The notes under the pieces were generated by a model, which saw only the letters and a list, made by a program, of their open reading frames with translations, searched no databases and was not told the DNA's origin. Made by a program: the position numbers and the translations under genes. A stretch of 27,258 nt of DNA from a virus (taxonomy: Duplodnaviria > Caudoviricetes): positions 1-27,258 of IMG/VR virus record IMGVR_UViG_3300040985_001450. One strand, written 5' to 3'. This document shows positions 1 to 9,231 of the stretch, in pieces (the stretch's first letter is position 1; the number at the start of each line of letters is the position of its first letter).

Positions 1-3000
1 GACTGGCTCGGCGTAGAGTCGCTCGACGACATTATGATCTACAAGACCGACGACGAGGCCACGGTCGCAGCGAAGACGAAACTCCACGAGCAGTTCGCTG
101 ATGGATTCATCATGTACATGGCAGAGGGCAACGCGCCGAGCAGCGAGCTGAAAATCATCTTCGACAAGTTCCGCGACTTCCTGGTGGAAATCACGAAGCG
201 CCTGATGGAGCGAGCAGACTTCGAGCTGTCCGACGAGGTGCGCGATGTCTACGGCAAGATGGTACACAACGAAGCAGAACTCTCCTCGGCTCGAGACATC
301 CTCAGCGCTCACCCTCTGAGCCAGGACCAGCTCGGGATGAGCGACATTCAATACGACAAATATCGCCGGCACATCACGAACGCCATCCAGGAAGCCCGTC
401 GCAAGATGGACGAGAGCGTGGGCAAGAAGGCGAACAAGGTGAAGTCGAAGGCATACGCGCAGCGACAGAGAGAGATCACGAAACTGGTCAACGCGGAACT
501 CGACGACGAGCCAGCGTTCCAGCTCCGCTCGATGCTGATGACTCCAGGCAGCCAGGTGAAGCTCGACGCTGCCGAAGTCGAAGCAGAGATGAAGGGCGAA
601 CCCAGGGCTGCGGAAATCATGCGAGCCACGAAGTCAGCCTTCAACAAGAAGGGCGAGACCTCGGCTGCGATGATTGCAGAAGACTACGGCTACGACAGCG
701 TCTACTCGATGCTGCGCGACATGGCGGACTCGGGCAAGAAGCCGGACGCAGTCAAGCGCATCGTGAAGGAGCGCATGGACGCGGAGGAGCTTGCTGACCC
801 GTCGATCGCTCGCCTGGAAGACTTGACCACGGACGAAGCGATGGACGCCATGCACAACGCATCCTGGGAGCACACGCTCCTGGCAGAAATCACAGCCCTC
901 GAGAAGGTCACAGGCCGGAAGCGGTCCTTCCCTGTCCAGGTACTCAAGGTGAACGCTGCGCGGATGATTGCCGGCATGAGACTCAAGGACCTCAGCCCTG
1001 GCCTTTACCTTCGGGCAGAGCGCAAGGCAGCGAACGGGGCGATGCGAGCACTGGAGAACGGAGACCAGGCTCTCGCGCTCGAGGAGAAGTCGAGGCAGCT
1101 TATGAATCAGTACCTCTACCGCGAGGCTGCCAGGAAGCAGAAGAAGGCCGACAAGGACCTCCAGGACATCCAGCGATACAACACCGTCAAGGGTCGCAAG
1201 GGAATCGATACCTCCTTCCTCCCGCACATCGTCGGAGTGCTTCGCCGGTTCGACCTCCGCAAGACCGCGCCGGTTCCCCAGGAGCCAGAGGCGTCCGCCG
1301 AGGAGACCAGAGACTTCGTCGCCGGTCGCGAGAACGAGGAGTCACTCGTGAACCAGGGCGAGGCCGTCCGAATCCGCGACGACAATCCTGTGTACTCGGA
1401 CCAGCCGACACCGTGGCACCAGCTCACGGTCGAGGAGTTCGAGACCTTCGTCGAGGCCATCAAGAACCTGGTGGCGATCGGGAAGCAGGTCGAGACAGTA
1501 GTGCTCAACGGAGAGCGCATGGACAAGGCCGACACCGCCGCCCGAGTGACCGACAACCTCGTGGAGAACGTACCCGAGAAGCCGGCAGTCATTCCCAAGG
1601 AAGGCACGAAGCTGTCCCTCCTCACGTACTGGACCGAGCTGCGGAAGCGCCGGAACATCGCGAGGAAGATCGACGGCTACAAGGACACCGGCGCAGCTCA
1701 GGACATTCTGATCGCGAGCATGAGCCGAATCCAGGGAGAGGAGGAGAATCGTCTCGCTCAGGAGTTCGAGGCGCTCCGCACGATATTCAGCAAGTACGAC
1801 CTGGACGCTCGGGCCATGAAGAAGAAGCACATCTTCGCAGGTGGCCGCATCGAGATGACCCAGGAACAAGTTTTATCCGTCGCGCTCAATGCAGGGAACG
1901 AGGAGAACCGCCAACGTATAACAGAGACAATAGGGTTCTATCTTCGCCCTGGAGCGGGACGTGATAATGACAGCGCCCAGAACGTGCTCGAGGAAATCAT
2001 CGGGACCGTCAGCGACGAGAACTGGACGATGGTGCAGGAGGTCTGGGACTACCTGGATTCTTACTGGCCGGAAATCGCAGCCCTCGAGGAGCGCACGACC
2101 GGCGTGATTCCGAAGCGCGTGGAGCCTGTCGCGTTCACGACTCCGACGGGCCGACAGATGCGAGGCGGCTACTACCCGATCGCATACGACGCTCGAGTCA
2201 CGGACAAGTCCAGGGGAGACGCGACACGCCTCGAAGCGATGCAGAACATGGCCGGCTTCGCTGGCTCTGCGATGACCGCACACGGACACGCGAAGGAGCG
2301 CGTGGGTTCCGGTGGCCGAATCGTAAAGATGGACCTGGCGGTGATGTTCAATCACGTCGGCTCTGTCGTTCACGACATTACTCACCGCGAGACCCTGGTC
2401 GGCATCCATCGAATCCTTCGGGACCCAGAGCTGGCTGCCGAGATGCAGGGACGCCTGGGCCAAGACGACTACAACCAGTGGATGCACTGGATTCAACGCA
2501 CCGCTGCCGGCGACGAGCGGGCTGCGACTTCGGTCGAGAAGTTCGCTGGAGTCCTACGCGGTCGCGTTACTATCATGGGCATGGGCCTGAACTTCTCCAC
2601 GGCTTCCTTGCAGATGATGGGCCTGACCCAGTCGGTGCAGAAGATCGGCGGGAAGTGGGTCGGCGCAGCGATGGGAACCTACCTGGCGAACATGGCGAAC
2701 CTGGGCGAGTGGCGCGGCGCCATCAACGAGAAGTCTTCGGTGATGGAACGACGTGGCGAGACTTTCAACCGCGACGTGCGCGAGCTGAGCCGGCAGGTGT
2801 CGAAGTCGAAGAAGCTGTCGCTCTGGGAGAACGCGCTGTTCAGCCCGATCGTGGCTATGCAGTCGATCGTAGACGGCATCACCTGGACAGCGGCATACAA
2901 CAAGGCTGTCCACGAGGGGGAGACCGAGGAGAAGGCTGTACAGCGAGCAGACGACGACGTCGTGCTGACGCAGGGCTCGGGTCGCATCTCGGACCTCTCC

Positions 3001-3630
3001 GGCATCGAGGGGCGCTCTCCGTTCCTCAAGCTGTTCACGACGTTCTATTCGTTTATGAACACGATGTTCAACCTGTCCGTCGATGAGTACAACCGGATCT
3101 GGAACGAGGACCGACCGACAGCCATCAAGATGGCAAAGTCGGCCCAGGCCGTGTTTATGATCTACGTGCTGCCGGCAACGCTGACCAACTACGTACTCGA
3201 CATTCTCATCGCCGGCGAGGAGCCGGAGGACGAGGAGGAGTGGATGAAGTGGATGGGTCAGCAGAACATGAATTACTTTGTGGGCCAGTTCCCGTTCATG
3301 CGCGAGGCTGTGCCGACAGGATTCCGATACTCGGGTCCGGCAGGTCTTCGCTTCTTCGAGAACCTCCAAAAGGGCTGGGCAGCAGGAACCGATCTCATCC
3401 CAGGAGGCGAGCAGTTCGGGGGCGACGATGCGCCTGAACTTTTCGAGGACCCGATCGGACTACTTGACACAGCCGACTCAAGAGCTATAATTGACGCACT
3501 TGGCGTAATGGGACCAATACCGACCGTCGAGATCAAGCGTATGATTCGAGGACTACATCGTATACAAGAGGGCGAGACCGAAGGATTTTTAGATGGAGCA
3601 ACAGGATTATTTTTCAGGAAGGCTAATTAG
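1..3630 (+). CDS. Large internal virion / DNA-ejection protein (Bbp10-like), 5'-truncated by the window edge
   Basis: The frame is open from base 1 (GAC TGG CTC...) into the ATG at 34, giving more than 1200 aa, mostly helical. The motif HEQFADGFxxYMAEGNAPS resembles the large internal proteins of BPP-1/epsilon15-like phages. It lies directly upstream of the tail fiber. Confidence 0.7.
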   Translation, partial: DWLGVESLDDIMIYKTDDEATVAAKTKLHEQFADGFIMYMAEGNAPSSELKIIFDKFRDFLVEITKRLMERADFELSDEVRDVYGKMVHNEAELSSARDILSAHPLSQDQLGMSDIQYDKYRRHITNAIQEARRKMDESVGKKANKVKSKAYAQRQREITKLVNAELDDEPAFQLRSMLMTPGSQVKLDAAEVEAEMKGEPRAAEIMRATKSAFNKKGETSAAMIAEDYGYDSVYSMLRDMADSGKKPDAVKRIVKERMDAEELADPSIARLEDLTTDEAMDAMHNASWEHTLLAEITALEKVTGRKRSFPVQVLKVNAARMIAGMRLKDLSPGLYLRAERKAANGAMRALENGDQALALEEKSRQLMNQYLYREAARKQKKADKDLQDIQRYNTVKGRKGIDTSFLPHIVGVLRRFDLRKTAPVPQEPEASAEETRDFVAGRENEESLVNQGEAVRIRDDNPVYSDQPTPWHQLTVEEFETFVEAIKNLVAIGKQVETVVLNGERMDKADTAARVTDNLVENVPEKPAVIPKEGTKLSLLTYWTELRKRRNIARKIDGYKDTGAAQDILIASMSRIQGEEENRLAQEFEALRTIFSKYDLDARAMKKKHIFAGGRIEMTQEQVLSVALNAGNEENRQRITETIGFYLRPGAGRDNDSAQNVLEEIIGTVSDENWTMVQEVWDYLDSYWPEIAALEERTTGVIPKRVEPVAFTTPTGRQMRGGYYPIAYDARVTDKSRGDATRLEAMQNMAGFAGSAMTAHGHAKERVGSGGRIVKMDLAVMFNHVGSVVHDITHRETLVGIHRILRDPELAAEMQGRLGQDDYNQWMHWIQRTAAGDERAATSVEKFAGVLRGRVTIMGMGLNFSTASLQMMGLTQSVQKIGGKWVGAAMGTYLANMANLGEWRGAINEKSSVMERRGETFNRDVRELSRQVSKSKKLSLWENALFSPIVAMQSIVDGITWTAAYNKAVHEGETEEKAVQRADDDVVLTQGSGRISDLSGIEGRSPFLKLFTTFYSFMNTMFNLSVDEYNRIWNEDRPTAIKMAKSAQAVFMIYVLPATLTNYVLDILIAGEEPEDEEEWMKWMGQQNMNYFVGQFPFMREAVPTGFRYSGPAGLRFFENLQKGWAAGTDLIPGGEQFGGDDAPELFEDPIGLLDTADSRAIIDALGVMGPIPTVEIKRMIRGLHRIQEGETEGFLDGATGLFFRKAN

Positions 3631-5745
3631 ATGCTGAGTAACACAGACGTAGTTTCAGACATATACACCGGAGACGATGCGAACACCGACTTCGACTATC
3701 CGTTCAAGACGACAGCGGATTCCGAGATCAGGGTCTTCGTCAAAGACACTTCGGTCACGCCGAACACGGTGACAGAGAAGACGAACTTCACCGTCCAGGC
3801 CAACTCTCACGACAACAACTCGGGCGGGAGCATCACGTACCCGAACGACGCATCGGACGAGCTGACGACGACCGAGCGCATGGTCATCGTCCTGAACCTC
3901 CCGCTGACCCAGGCGACGACGTTCACGAGCCGAGACAAGCACACATCGATCGAGGCTGCGCTCGACGTTTTAACGAAGAAGGTCCAGGTACTCGACGAGC
4001 AGGTCGCTCGATCTATCAAGCTGAACATACTGGACCAGGCTCTCATCACGACGGACGAGCTGGCTGCGGAGATGGACAGCCCTCCGACCGACGAATACTT
4101 CATTCAATGGAACGCGACCAGCGGACGCGTGGAGTGGACTCTGACTGCGAACACCGAAGTCCCTCTCTCTGAACTCACGCAGAGCGGCGCATCGACTGGC
4201 AACGTCGTTCGATGGGACGGGGCTTCATGGGTGCCTGACGGAGACCTCACCACCGCCGAGGCTGACATCATAACCAACGCAGCGGCGATAGCACTCAACA
4301 CGACACACCGCTCATCCGACGGCAGCGATCACAGCGACGTAGTATTAAACACTACGCATCGAAGTTCCGACGGCAGCGATCACAGCGACGTAGTATTAAA
4401 CACGACGCACCGAAGTTCTGCCGGCAGCGATCACAGCGACGTAGTATTAAACACGACGCACCGAAGTTCTGCCGGCAGCGATCACAGCGACGTAGTATTA
4501 AACACGACACACCGCTCATCCGACGGCAGCGATCACAGCGATGTAGTATTAAACACGACACACCGCTCATCCGACGGCAGCGATCACAGCGATGTAGTAT
4601 TAAACACGACACACCGAAGTTCTGCCGGGACAGACCACAGCGATGTAGTATTAAACACTACGCATCGAAGTTCCGACGGCAGCGATCACAGCGACGTAGT
4701 ATTAAACACGACACACCGATCATCGGATGGGACAGACCACAGCGACGTAGTATTAAACACGACACACCGAAGTTCCGACGGCAGCGACCACGGCTTCCTG
4801 GACCAGGCCGTTACGATCGCGGCGAGTCCGACGTTTGCCGCCATCACGTCGGCGAGCGGAACCATTACATCCGACGGAGCAACGACCGAGACGAACCACC
4901 TGTTCTCTCACACGACTCCGGCGATTGACTGGGTGATCGGCTACGACCCTACAGACACGAGATATAAAATATCGAAAGGAACTTCTCATTCAGGAGGAAC
5001 TACGGCGGTGGAGTTCCGCGACGTAGACGGGAGCGCAAAATTCTACGGCTACATCGATATGGCTGATTTTGCGGTTCGCGGAATGGGCGGCGACAGATTT
5101 AACCCTGCCTTCGTGCCCAGCGGCACCGACGGGGATACAGGAATTTTTTCGAACTCGGCTGGGTACGTGAAGTTCTCCTCGAACAGCACTGAGGCTTTCA
5201 AGATCAGCTCGAGCGGAACGACCTGCATTTTCGACTTCGACTGCCAAGCCCAGATTCAGGGACAGGCGGGGAGTGCAGTTGGCGACCTGGCCTTCAACAC
5301 CTCGGACGACACCGATACCGGCTGGTACGCGATCGGCGCGAACAACTTGGGAATCGCCGCCGGCGGAGTGCTACAGGTAGACATCAACACCGCCAGGGCA
5401 GCCTTCAAGCAGCAGATTAGAGTCGTGAAGCAGACCAGGTACGACGTGCTGACGACGCTCTCGACGACCGGCGCAGTGTCCTGGGACATCCAGGCGGAGC
5501 CAGTCGCGAAGCTCGACATCACCGACAACGTGACACTCACCATCAACAACATAGAACAGGGTTCGAACGCGTGTATGCACTTCATCCAGCACTCGACCGC
5601 CAGGACAGTCACCTGGCCGGCGGCAGTTAAATGGGCTGGAGGCTCAGCGCCGGACCTCTCGACAGTCAACGCAGAATATCTCATCAGCTTCTTCTCGCCG
5701 AACGGGACGGACTTGATCGGGTCTACAATATTGGATTATTCATAA
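3631..5745 (+). CDS. Tail fiber protein
   Basis: Podovirus fiber-attachment N-terminus (YTGDDANTDFDYPF...EIRVFV...IEAALDVLTKKVQ), a central 17-aa repeat, and a C-terminal fiber domain (FIQ...RTVTWPAAVKWAGGSAP). The ATG directly follows the upstream stop. Confidence 0.85.
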   Translation: MLSNTDVVSDIYTGDDANTDFDYPFKTTADSEIRVFVKDTSVTPNTVTEKTNFTVQANSHDNNSGGSITYPNDASDELTTTERMVIVLNLPLTQATTFTSRDKHTSIEAALDVLTKKVQVLDEQVARSIKLNILDQALITTDELAAEMDSPPTDEYFIQWNATSGRVEWTLTANTEVPLSELTQSGASTGNVVRWDGASWVPDGDLTTAEADIITNAAAIALNTTHRSSDGSDHSDVVLNTTHRSSDGSDHSDVVLNTTHRSSAGSDHSDVVLNTTHRSSAGSDHSDVVLNTTHRSSDGSDHSDVVLNTTHRSSDGSDHSDVVLNTTHRSSAGTDHSDVVLNTTHRSSDGSDHSDVVLNTTHRSSDGTDHSDVVLNTTHRSSDGSDHGFLDQAVTIAASPTFAAITSASGTITSDGATTETNHLFSHTTPAIDWVIGYDPTDTRYKISKGTSHSGGTTAVEFRDVDGSAKFYGYIDMADFAVRGMGGDRFNPAFVPSGTDGDTGIFSNSAGYVKFSSNSTEAFKISSSGTTCIFDFDCQAQIQGQAGSAVGDLAFNTSDDTDTGWYAIGANNLGIAAGGVLQVDINTARAAFKQQIRVVKQTRYDVLTTLSTTGAVSWDIQAEPVAKLDITDNVTLTINNIEQGSNACMHFIQHSTARTVTWPAAVKWAGGSAPDLSTVNAEYLISFFSPNGTDLIGSTILDYS
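4297..4791 (+). repeat. In-frame tandem repeat, 51 bp x 9 full units plus 36 bp, encoding NTTHRSS(D/A)G(S/T)DHSDVVL
   Basis: Units start every 51 bp from 4297 (4348, 4399 ... 4501 ... 4756). Differences between units are mostly synonymous. Confidence 0.97.
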
Positions 5746-6497
5746 TGACACCTCTTGGAATGGCAGGGAGCGTAATGGTCGGAGGCCATCCGACACCACA
5801 ATACGACGCACCAGTAGTCAATATCAGCGATCCCGCACCAGCTTCGGGTGTCGCAGGAACAGTTGTTGTTGATTGGACAATCACCTACACAGGCACAGTA
5901 ACCTCGGCTGATATTAGTAGTGGAAGCACCACTACTAACAACATCGGAAAAGTGTGGCACTCCTCAACAACGAGTGGCGCGGCCCAAGGAACTTGGAGTT
6001 TAATCAATCCAACAGCAACAGACGGCACAGCGAAAGTTCGGTTCACTTCCACGAATGGGAGTGGTGGGTTTGTGCGAGTTCTTATGTTAGCAGATGCCGC
6101 ATACAATAGTACCGCAGGGAGTGCACAAACTGAATGGAATACGCCCAACGCATCCGTTAGCGCAACACCACCTATTGTGACCATTGGTTCACCGAGTCCA
6201 TCTTCGGCAGAGGAGGGTTCAGCAGTTATAAATTGGGGCATAACTTACTCATCTTGGGCAGACACATATAGTTTAATAACCTCAGAAATTACAGCTAATT
6301 TTACTGGCTCAACAGCAGGTACTTGGTCTGTTATAAATGGCACAACAGCAACACCTACAGTTCGATTCACATCAACATCTGGATTCGGTACTGTTGGATT
6401 CGATGTTCTTTCAGGAGCGTGTCAGAGTGGTGGAGTAAACAATGCACCCTCAAGCGCATCAGCTACAGCAACTATTACAGAAGATGGGGGTAAATAA
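5745..6497 (+). CDS. Putative receptor-binding/tail-tip protein with two tandem beta-rich (Ig-like) domains
   Basis: The ATG at 5745 overlaps the fiber stop (TAATG). The protein is Ser/Thr/Gly-rich with an internal duplication (PVVNISDPAP..WTITY..GTWSLIN..VRFTSTNG vs PIVTIGSPSP..WGITY..GTWSVIN..VRFTSTSG). Codons are AT-richer than the flanks. Confidence 0.6.
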   Translation: MTPLGMAGSVMVGGHPTPQYDAPVVNISDPAPASGVAGTVVVDWTITYTGTVTSADISSGSTTTNNIGKVWHSSTTSGAAQGTWSLINPTATDGTAKVRFTSTNGSGGFVRVLMLADAAYNSTAGSAQTEWNTPNASVSATPPIVTIGSPSPSSAEEGSAVINWGITYSSWADTYSLITSEITANFTGSTAGTWSVINGTTATPTVRFTSTSGFGTVGFDVLSGACQSGGVNNAPSSASATATITEDGGK

Positions 6498-7036
6498 TGA
6501 GGACTCATGTAACCGCACAAGACATCTGGGACTTGAATCCATGTTCGGATTTTACGTTAGAAAAACTACAACAGGGCATGGGTATTGAACCTATTACGTT
6601 AGAAGAATACGCTGAAACGGATTATTCTGATTATGGAATTCCGACTCGAGCCGAGGGTCAAAAGCGTGACCAACTATGGGTGTTCACAAGTCTAATGTCC
6701 CGACAAGAACGAATTCAACTTGGGGTTGATATTATTGATACGGCTGAACTATTGACACCAAATGAGGTGGTGCGTGATTCGCTTGTTCTTATGGAGTCAT
6801 TTCCCAGCGCTGAACAAGTAGCTGCTCAACGAAATATTGTAGAGACATTATTGCTAGAATCGGGTCAGGGGACTTCCTTGTATAACATTATAGATTCAAC
6901 GCGACAACTTTTGAATCCGTCCGAATCGCAGAAATCAGTGATGCGTATATGTAGATTCATCGAGGGTCATACCGTGGATTCAACGTACCAAAAATTCACG
7001 GATTTAGCCGTGAGCATCCTGAAAAAAGTAGTTTAA
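6497..7036 (+). CDS. Hypothetical protein (AT-richer, coupled to the tail-tip gene)
   Basis: 179-aa ORF with TAATG coupling and a GGGGG SD-like sequence upstream. Confidence 0.75.
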   Translation: MRTHVTAQDIWDLNPCSDFTLEKLQQGMGIEPITLEEYAETDYSDYGIPTRAEGQKRDQLWVFTSLMSRQERIQLGVDIIDTAELLTPNEVVRDSLVLMESFPSAEQVAAQRNIVETLLLESGQGTSLYNIIDSTRQLLNPSESQKSVMRICRFIEGHTVDSTYQKFTDLAVSILKKVV

Positions 7037-7077
7037 TAAAAGGAGAATAGAATGACGGGTACACCGAGGAGAAGACC

Positions 7078-7362
7078 ATGAGCGAAGAACGAAAAATATT
7101 AGATCCAAAGACACCGGCGGGAGCTTACGCTATCGTCGAGGAGCTGGCCGGCAAGGAACCTCTTGAGCGGAAGGCAGGACTGGCTCGAGAGGCGGCGCTC
7201 GAAACTGTACGTAAATTCATGCAGTACGCGATCAGCGCAGCCGAGAAGGAAGCCGCCGAGAATGAGGCTGCGGAGGAGGAAGTAGACTTGTCCTCAGTCC
7301 GCGCTTCGATCGAAATGTTCGACAAGAAGGAATCGGAAGGGGGTGATGATAATGTTGAGTAG
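7078..7362 (+). CDS. Hypothetical acidic protein
   Basis: GAGGAG SD; 94 aa; codon usage typical of this genome. Confidence 0.7.
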   Translation: MSEERKILDPKTPAGAYAIVEELAGKEPLERKAGLAREAALETVRKFMQYAISAAEKEAAENEAAEEEVDLSSVRASIEMFDKKESEGGDDNVE

Positions 7363-7546
7363 TATTATTTTACTTGTCCTGGGATTCGTCCTGGGCGCGA
7401 TCGTGACTGCGGTCGTGCTGAACAACCAGCACCGGAAATGGTTCGCTCGAATCATCATGGAGGTGGACGAGTACGTGGACCGAGCCGAAGAACTTTCGAC
7501 ATCATCCTGGAAGCGAATCAAGCAACGATTAACCAACGACCTATAA
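7352..7546 (+). CDS. Small single-pass membrane protein (possible lysis accessory)
   Basis: Hydrophobic N-terminus IILLVLGFVLGAIVTAVVL. The start could be 7343-7352. Confidence 0.6.
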   Translation: MLSSIILLVLGFVLGAIVTAVVLNNQHRKWFARIIMEVDEYVDRAEELSTSSWKRIKQRLTNDL

Positions 7547-7559
7547 GTAAAGGATTCAC

Positions 7560-8084
7560 ATGAGTGACGATGACCGTGCCATATCAGACGACCACGGCAC
7601 CAGCATCAAGTCCCTGTTCGGCATCACGAGAAAACTGAGCACGGACCTGGCTTCTGTCGGCGCACAACTAGATGGGCTGACAAATTCGTTCTCACGCATC
7701 GAGAGCAATCTCCAGGATAAAAGCCAGCCGCCATACCAAGCGATCGGGCTTATCGTGATCCTGGGGACTTTCTTCTGGGGAGTGGTTGTCACGTTCATGT
7801 CGGCCATCGGCTACCTGTTTTACGATTCGGTGAAGGCGGACGCGATGAGGAACGAGGGAGCAATCCTTCGCCTCGTCGAGGCCGACCATAAAAACCAGAA
7901 GAACATCGCGGCGCTGACGACTTACGTCCAGATGAACCAGCGCGAAAGCGAGCAGCATAGAGAATGGTTGCAGCGCACCAGCGATAGTAACCGGATCGCG
8001 AGGGAGTTCTCGCTGGAGGGCCATGCTCGCCAGGATGAGCGGCTCGACGAACTGGAAAGGCAGAGCTATGGGTCTCCTGACTAA
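7560..8084 (+). CDS. Membrane protein with coiled-coil flanks (possible holin/antiholin/spanin-like)
   Basis: AAAGGA SD; hydrophobic segment AIGLIVILGTFFWGVVVTFMSAIGYLFY. Confidence 0.65.
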   Translation: MSDDDRAISDDHGTSIKSLFGITRKLSTDLASVGAQLDGLTNSFSRIESNLQDKSQPPYQAIGLIVILGTFFWGVVVTFMSAIGYLFYDSVKADAMRNEGAILRLVEADHKNQKNIAALTTYVQMNQRESEQHREWLQRTSDSNRIAREFSLEGHARQDERLDELERQSYGSPD

Positions 8085-8484
8085 CACCATTAAAGACGAG
8101 CACGGCAAGGAGCAGGAAGTCCTGAACGGTAACGCGAAGCTACTCATCGCTCTTTTTTTTGGCGGCGGGGTCATCGGGACCAATACGCTGAGCTGGAACC
8201 TGTCTCCAACAGAGCAGGTCCAGTCTGCGCCGATCGCGGTCGTAGAGAAAATGCTCGAGGACAAGGCGGACTCGATGGAGCAGATGCTCGACACGAAGCT
8301 CATCCAGAAAGACGCGGCGGACCAGGAGGTCGAGATAGAGCAGATGAAGGCAGACATCATCGACCACTTCAATCGCGATTCGCGCATCACAACGAACGAG
8401 CGCAGAGTGCAAATTATGGAGGATAACTACATCGTTCAGCAGAAGGTCCTACTGGAAATTCGAGACGCAACCAAAGAGGAATAA
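8068..8484 (+). CDS. Membrane-anchored coiled-coil protein
   Basis: GGAAAGG SD before the ATG at 8068; hydrophobic LLIALFFGGGVIG followed by a charged helix. Confidence 0.6.
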   Translation: MGLLTNTIKDEHGKEQEVLNGNAKLLIALFFGGGVIGTNTLSWNLSPTEQVQSAPIAVVEKMLEDKADSMEQMLDTKLIQKDAADQEVEIEQMKADIIDHFNRDSRITTNERRVQIMEDNYIVQQKVLLEIRDATKEE

Positions 8485-8488
8485 TATC

Positions 8489-8995
8489 ATGTCTGGAGTA
8501 GTTGGGGTAATCCGAGGACTGTTCGGTGGTGGTGGTGGCTTCGGGCAGTTCGCCGAGAAGACCGTCGGCATCGTCGGCAAGTTCATCAAAGACAAGGACG
8601 CGGCGAATCTACAGATGACCCAGGTTGATATGGCGCAGCTCGCGGCAGAACTCGAGGTCGCGATGGCAGAGTTCGGCGTCGAGGAAAAAGTTCTCGAGCT
8701 GGAGAAGACGGCCAGCGAAGGCATCACCGCACAGAACCTCGCGGATGCAGAGTCGAGTGACCCAGTGCAAAAGCAGTGGAGACCGAAGGCATCGCTGCGC
8801 CTGGTAAATCTCCTCATCGGTGTCGTGCTCGCGGAGTTCGGACTCAAGCTCACGCAACAAATTTATTTTCCAGAGAGCGAGATGGATCTCACCTTCGAGT
8901 ACACGCGTGAACTTCTGTTCGGAGTGTTCTCTCTGCTCGGCGTCTACATGGGTGGACGCAGCTTCGAGAAGCTCAAAGGAATCTCGCACAAATAG
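8489..8995 (+). CDS. Holin, GTA 3TM-holin-like family
   Basis: Motifs ESSD..WRP and LLGVYMGGRSFEKLKG typical of the 3TM holin family; GAGGA SD. Confidence 0.75.
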   Translation: MSGVVGVIRGLFGGGGGFGQFAEKTVGIVGKFIKDKDAANLQMTQVDMAQLAAELEVAMAEFGVEEKVLELEKTASEGITAQNLADAESSDPVQKQWRPKASLRLVNLLIGVVLAEFGLKLTQQIYFPESEMDLTFEYTRELLFGVFSLLGVYMGGRSFEKLKGISHK

Positions 8996-9064
8996 AACGC
9001 GGCCAGGGACTCCCGGGGAGTCTACCTGGCCAACCCATCGGTATCCGTTGCCTGGGCCGATGGT

Positions 9065-9110
9065 GGAGAGCGCCGGTTTTTTACAGCTTACCGGCGCTCT
9101 CCCTTTGTTT
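9065..9110 (+). terminator. Intrinsic terminator ending the structural/lysis transcript
   Basis: 13-bp perfect stem GGAGAGCGCCGGT / ACCGGCGCTCTCC followed by CTTTGTTT. Confidence 0.75.
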
Positions 9111-9141
9111 ATAGGCCATTCCTGAATCGCAATCGCTGGGC

Positions 9142-9190
9142 TGCAATCCTACACAAAAAGGTTGCAATCCTGCACAAAAAGGATTAAACT
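9142..9190 (+). promoter_or_regulatory. Sigma70-type early promoter overlapped by two operator-like repeats
   Basis: TTGCAA (9162-9167), a 17-nt spacer, then TAAACT (9185-9190). The direct repeat TGCAATCCTRCACAAAAAGG occurs at 9142 and 9163. Confidence 0.7.
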
Positions 9191-9231
9191 AACTAAAACT
9201 AACCAAAGCAGCATAAAGGGAGGTGATCAAA

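Noticed and set aside
4297-4791. CRISPR array
   Set aside because: There are no unique spacers. Units are contiguous, in frame and vary synonymously, and no cas genes are present.
3631-7036. Diversity-generating retroelement as in BPP-1
   Set aside because: No reverse transcriptase motif and no TR/VR pair differing at adenines were seen in the window.
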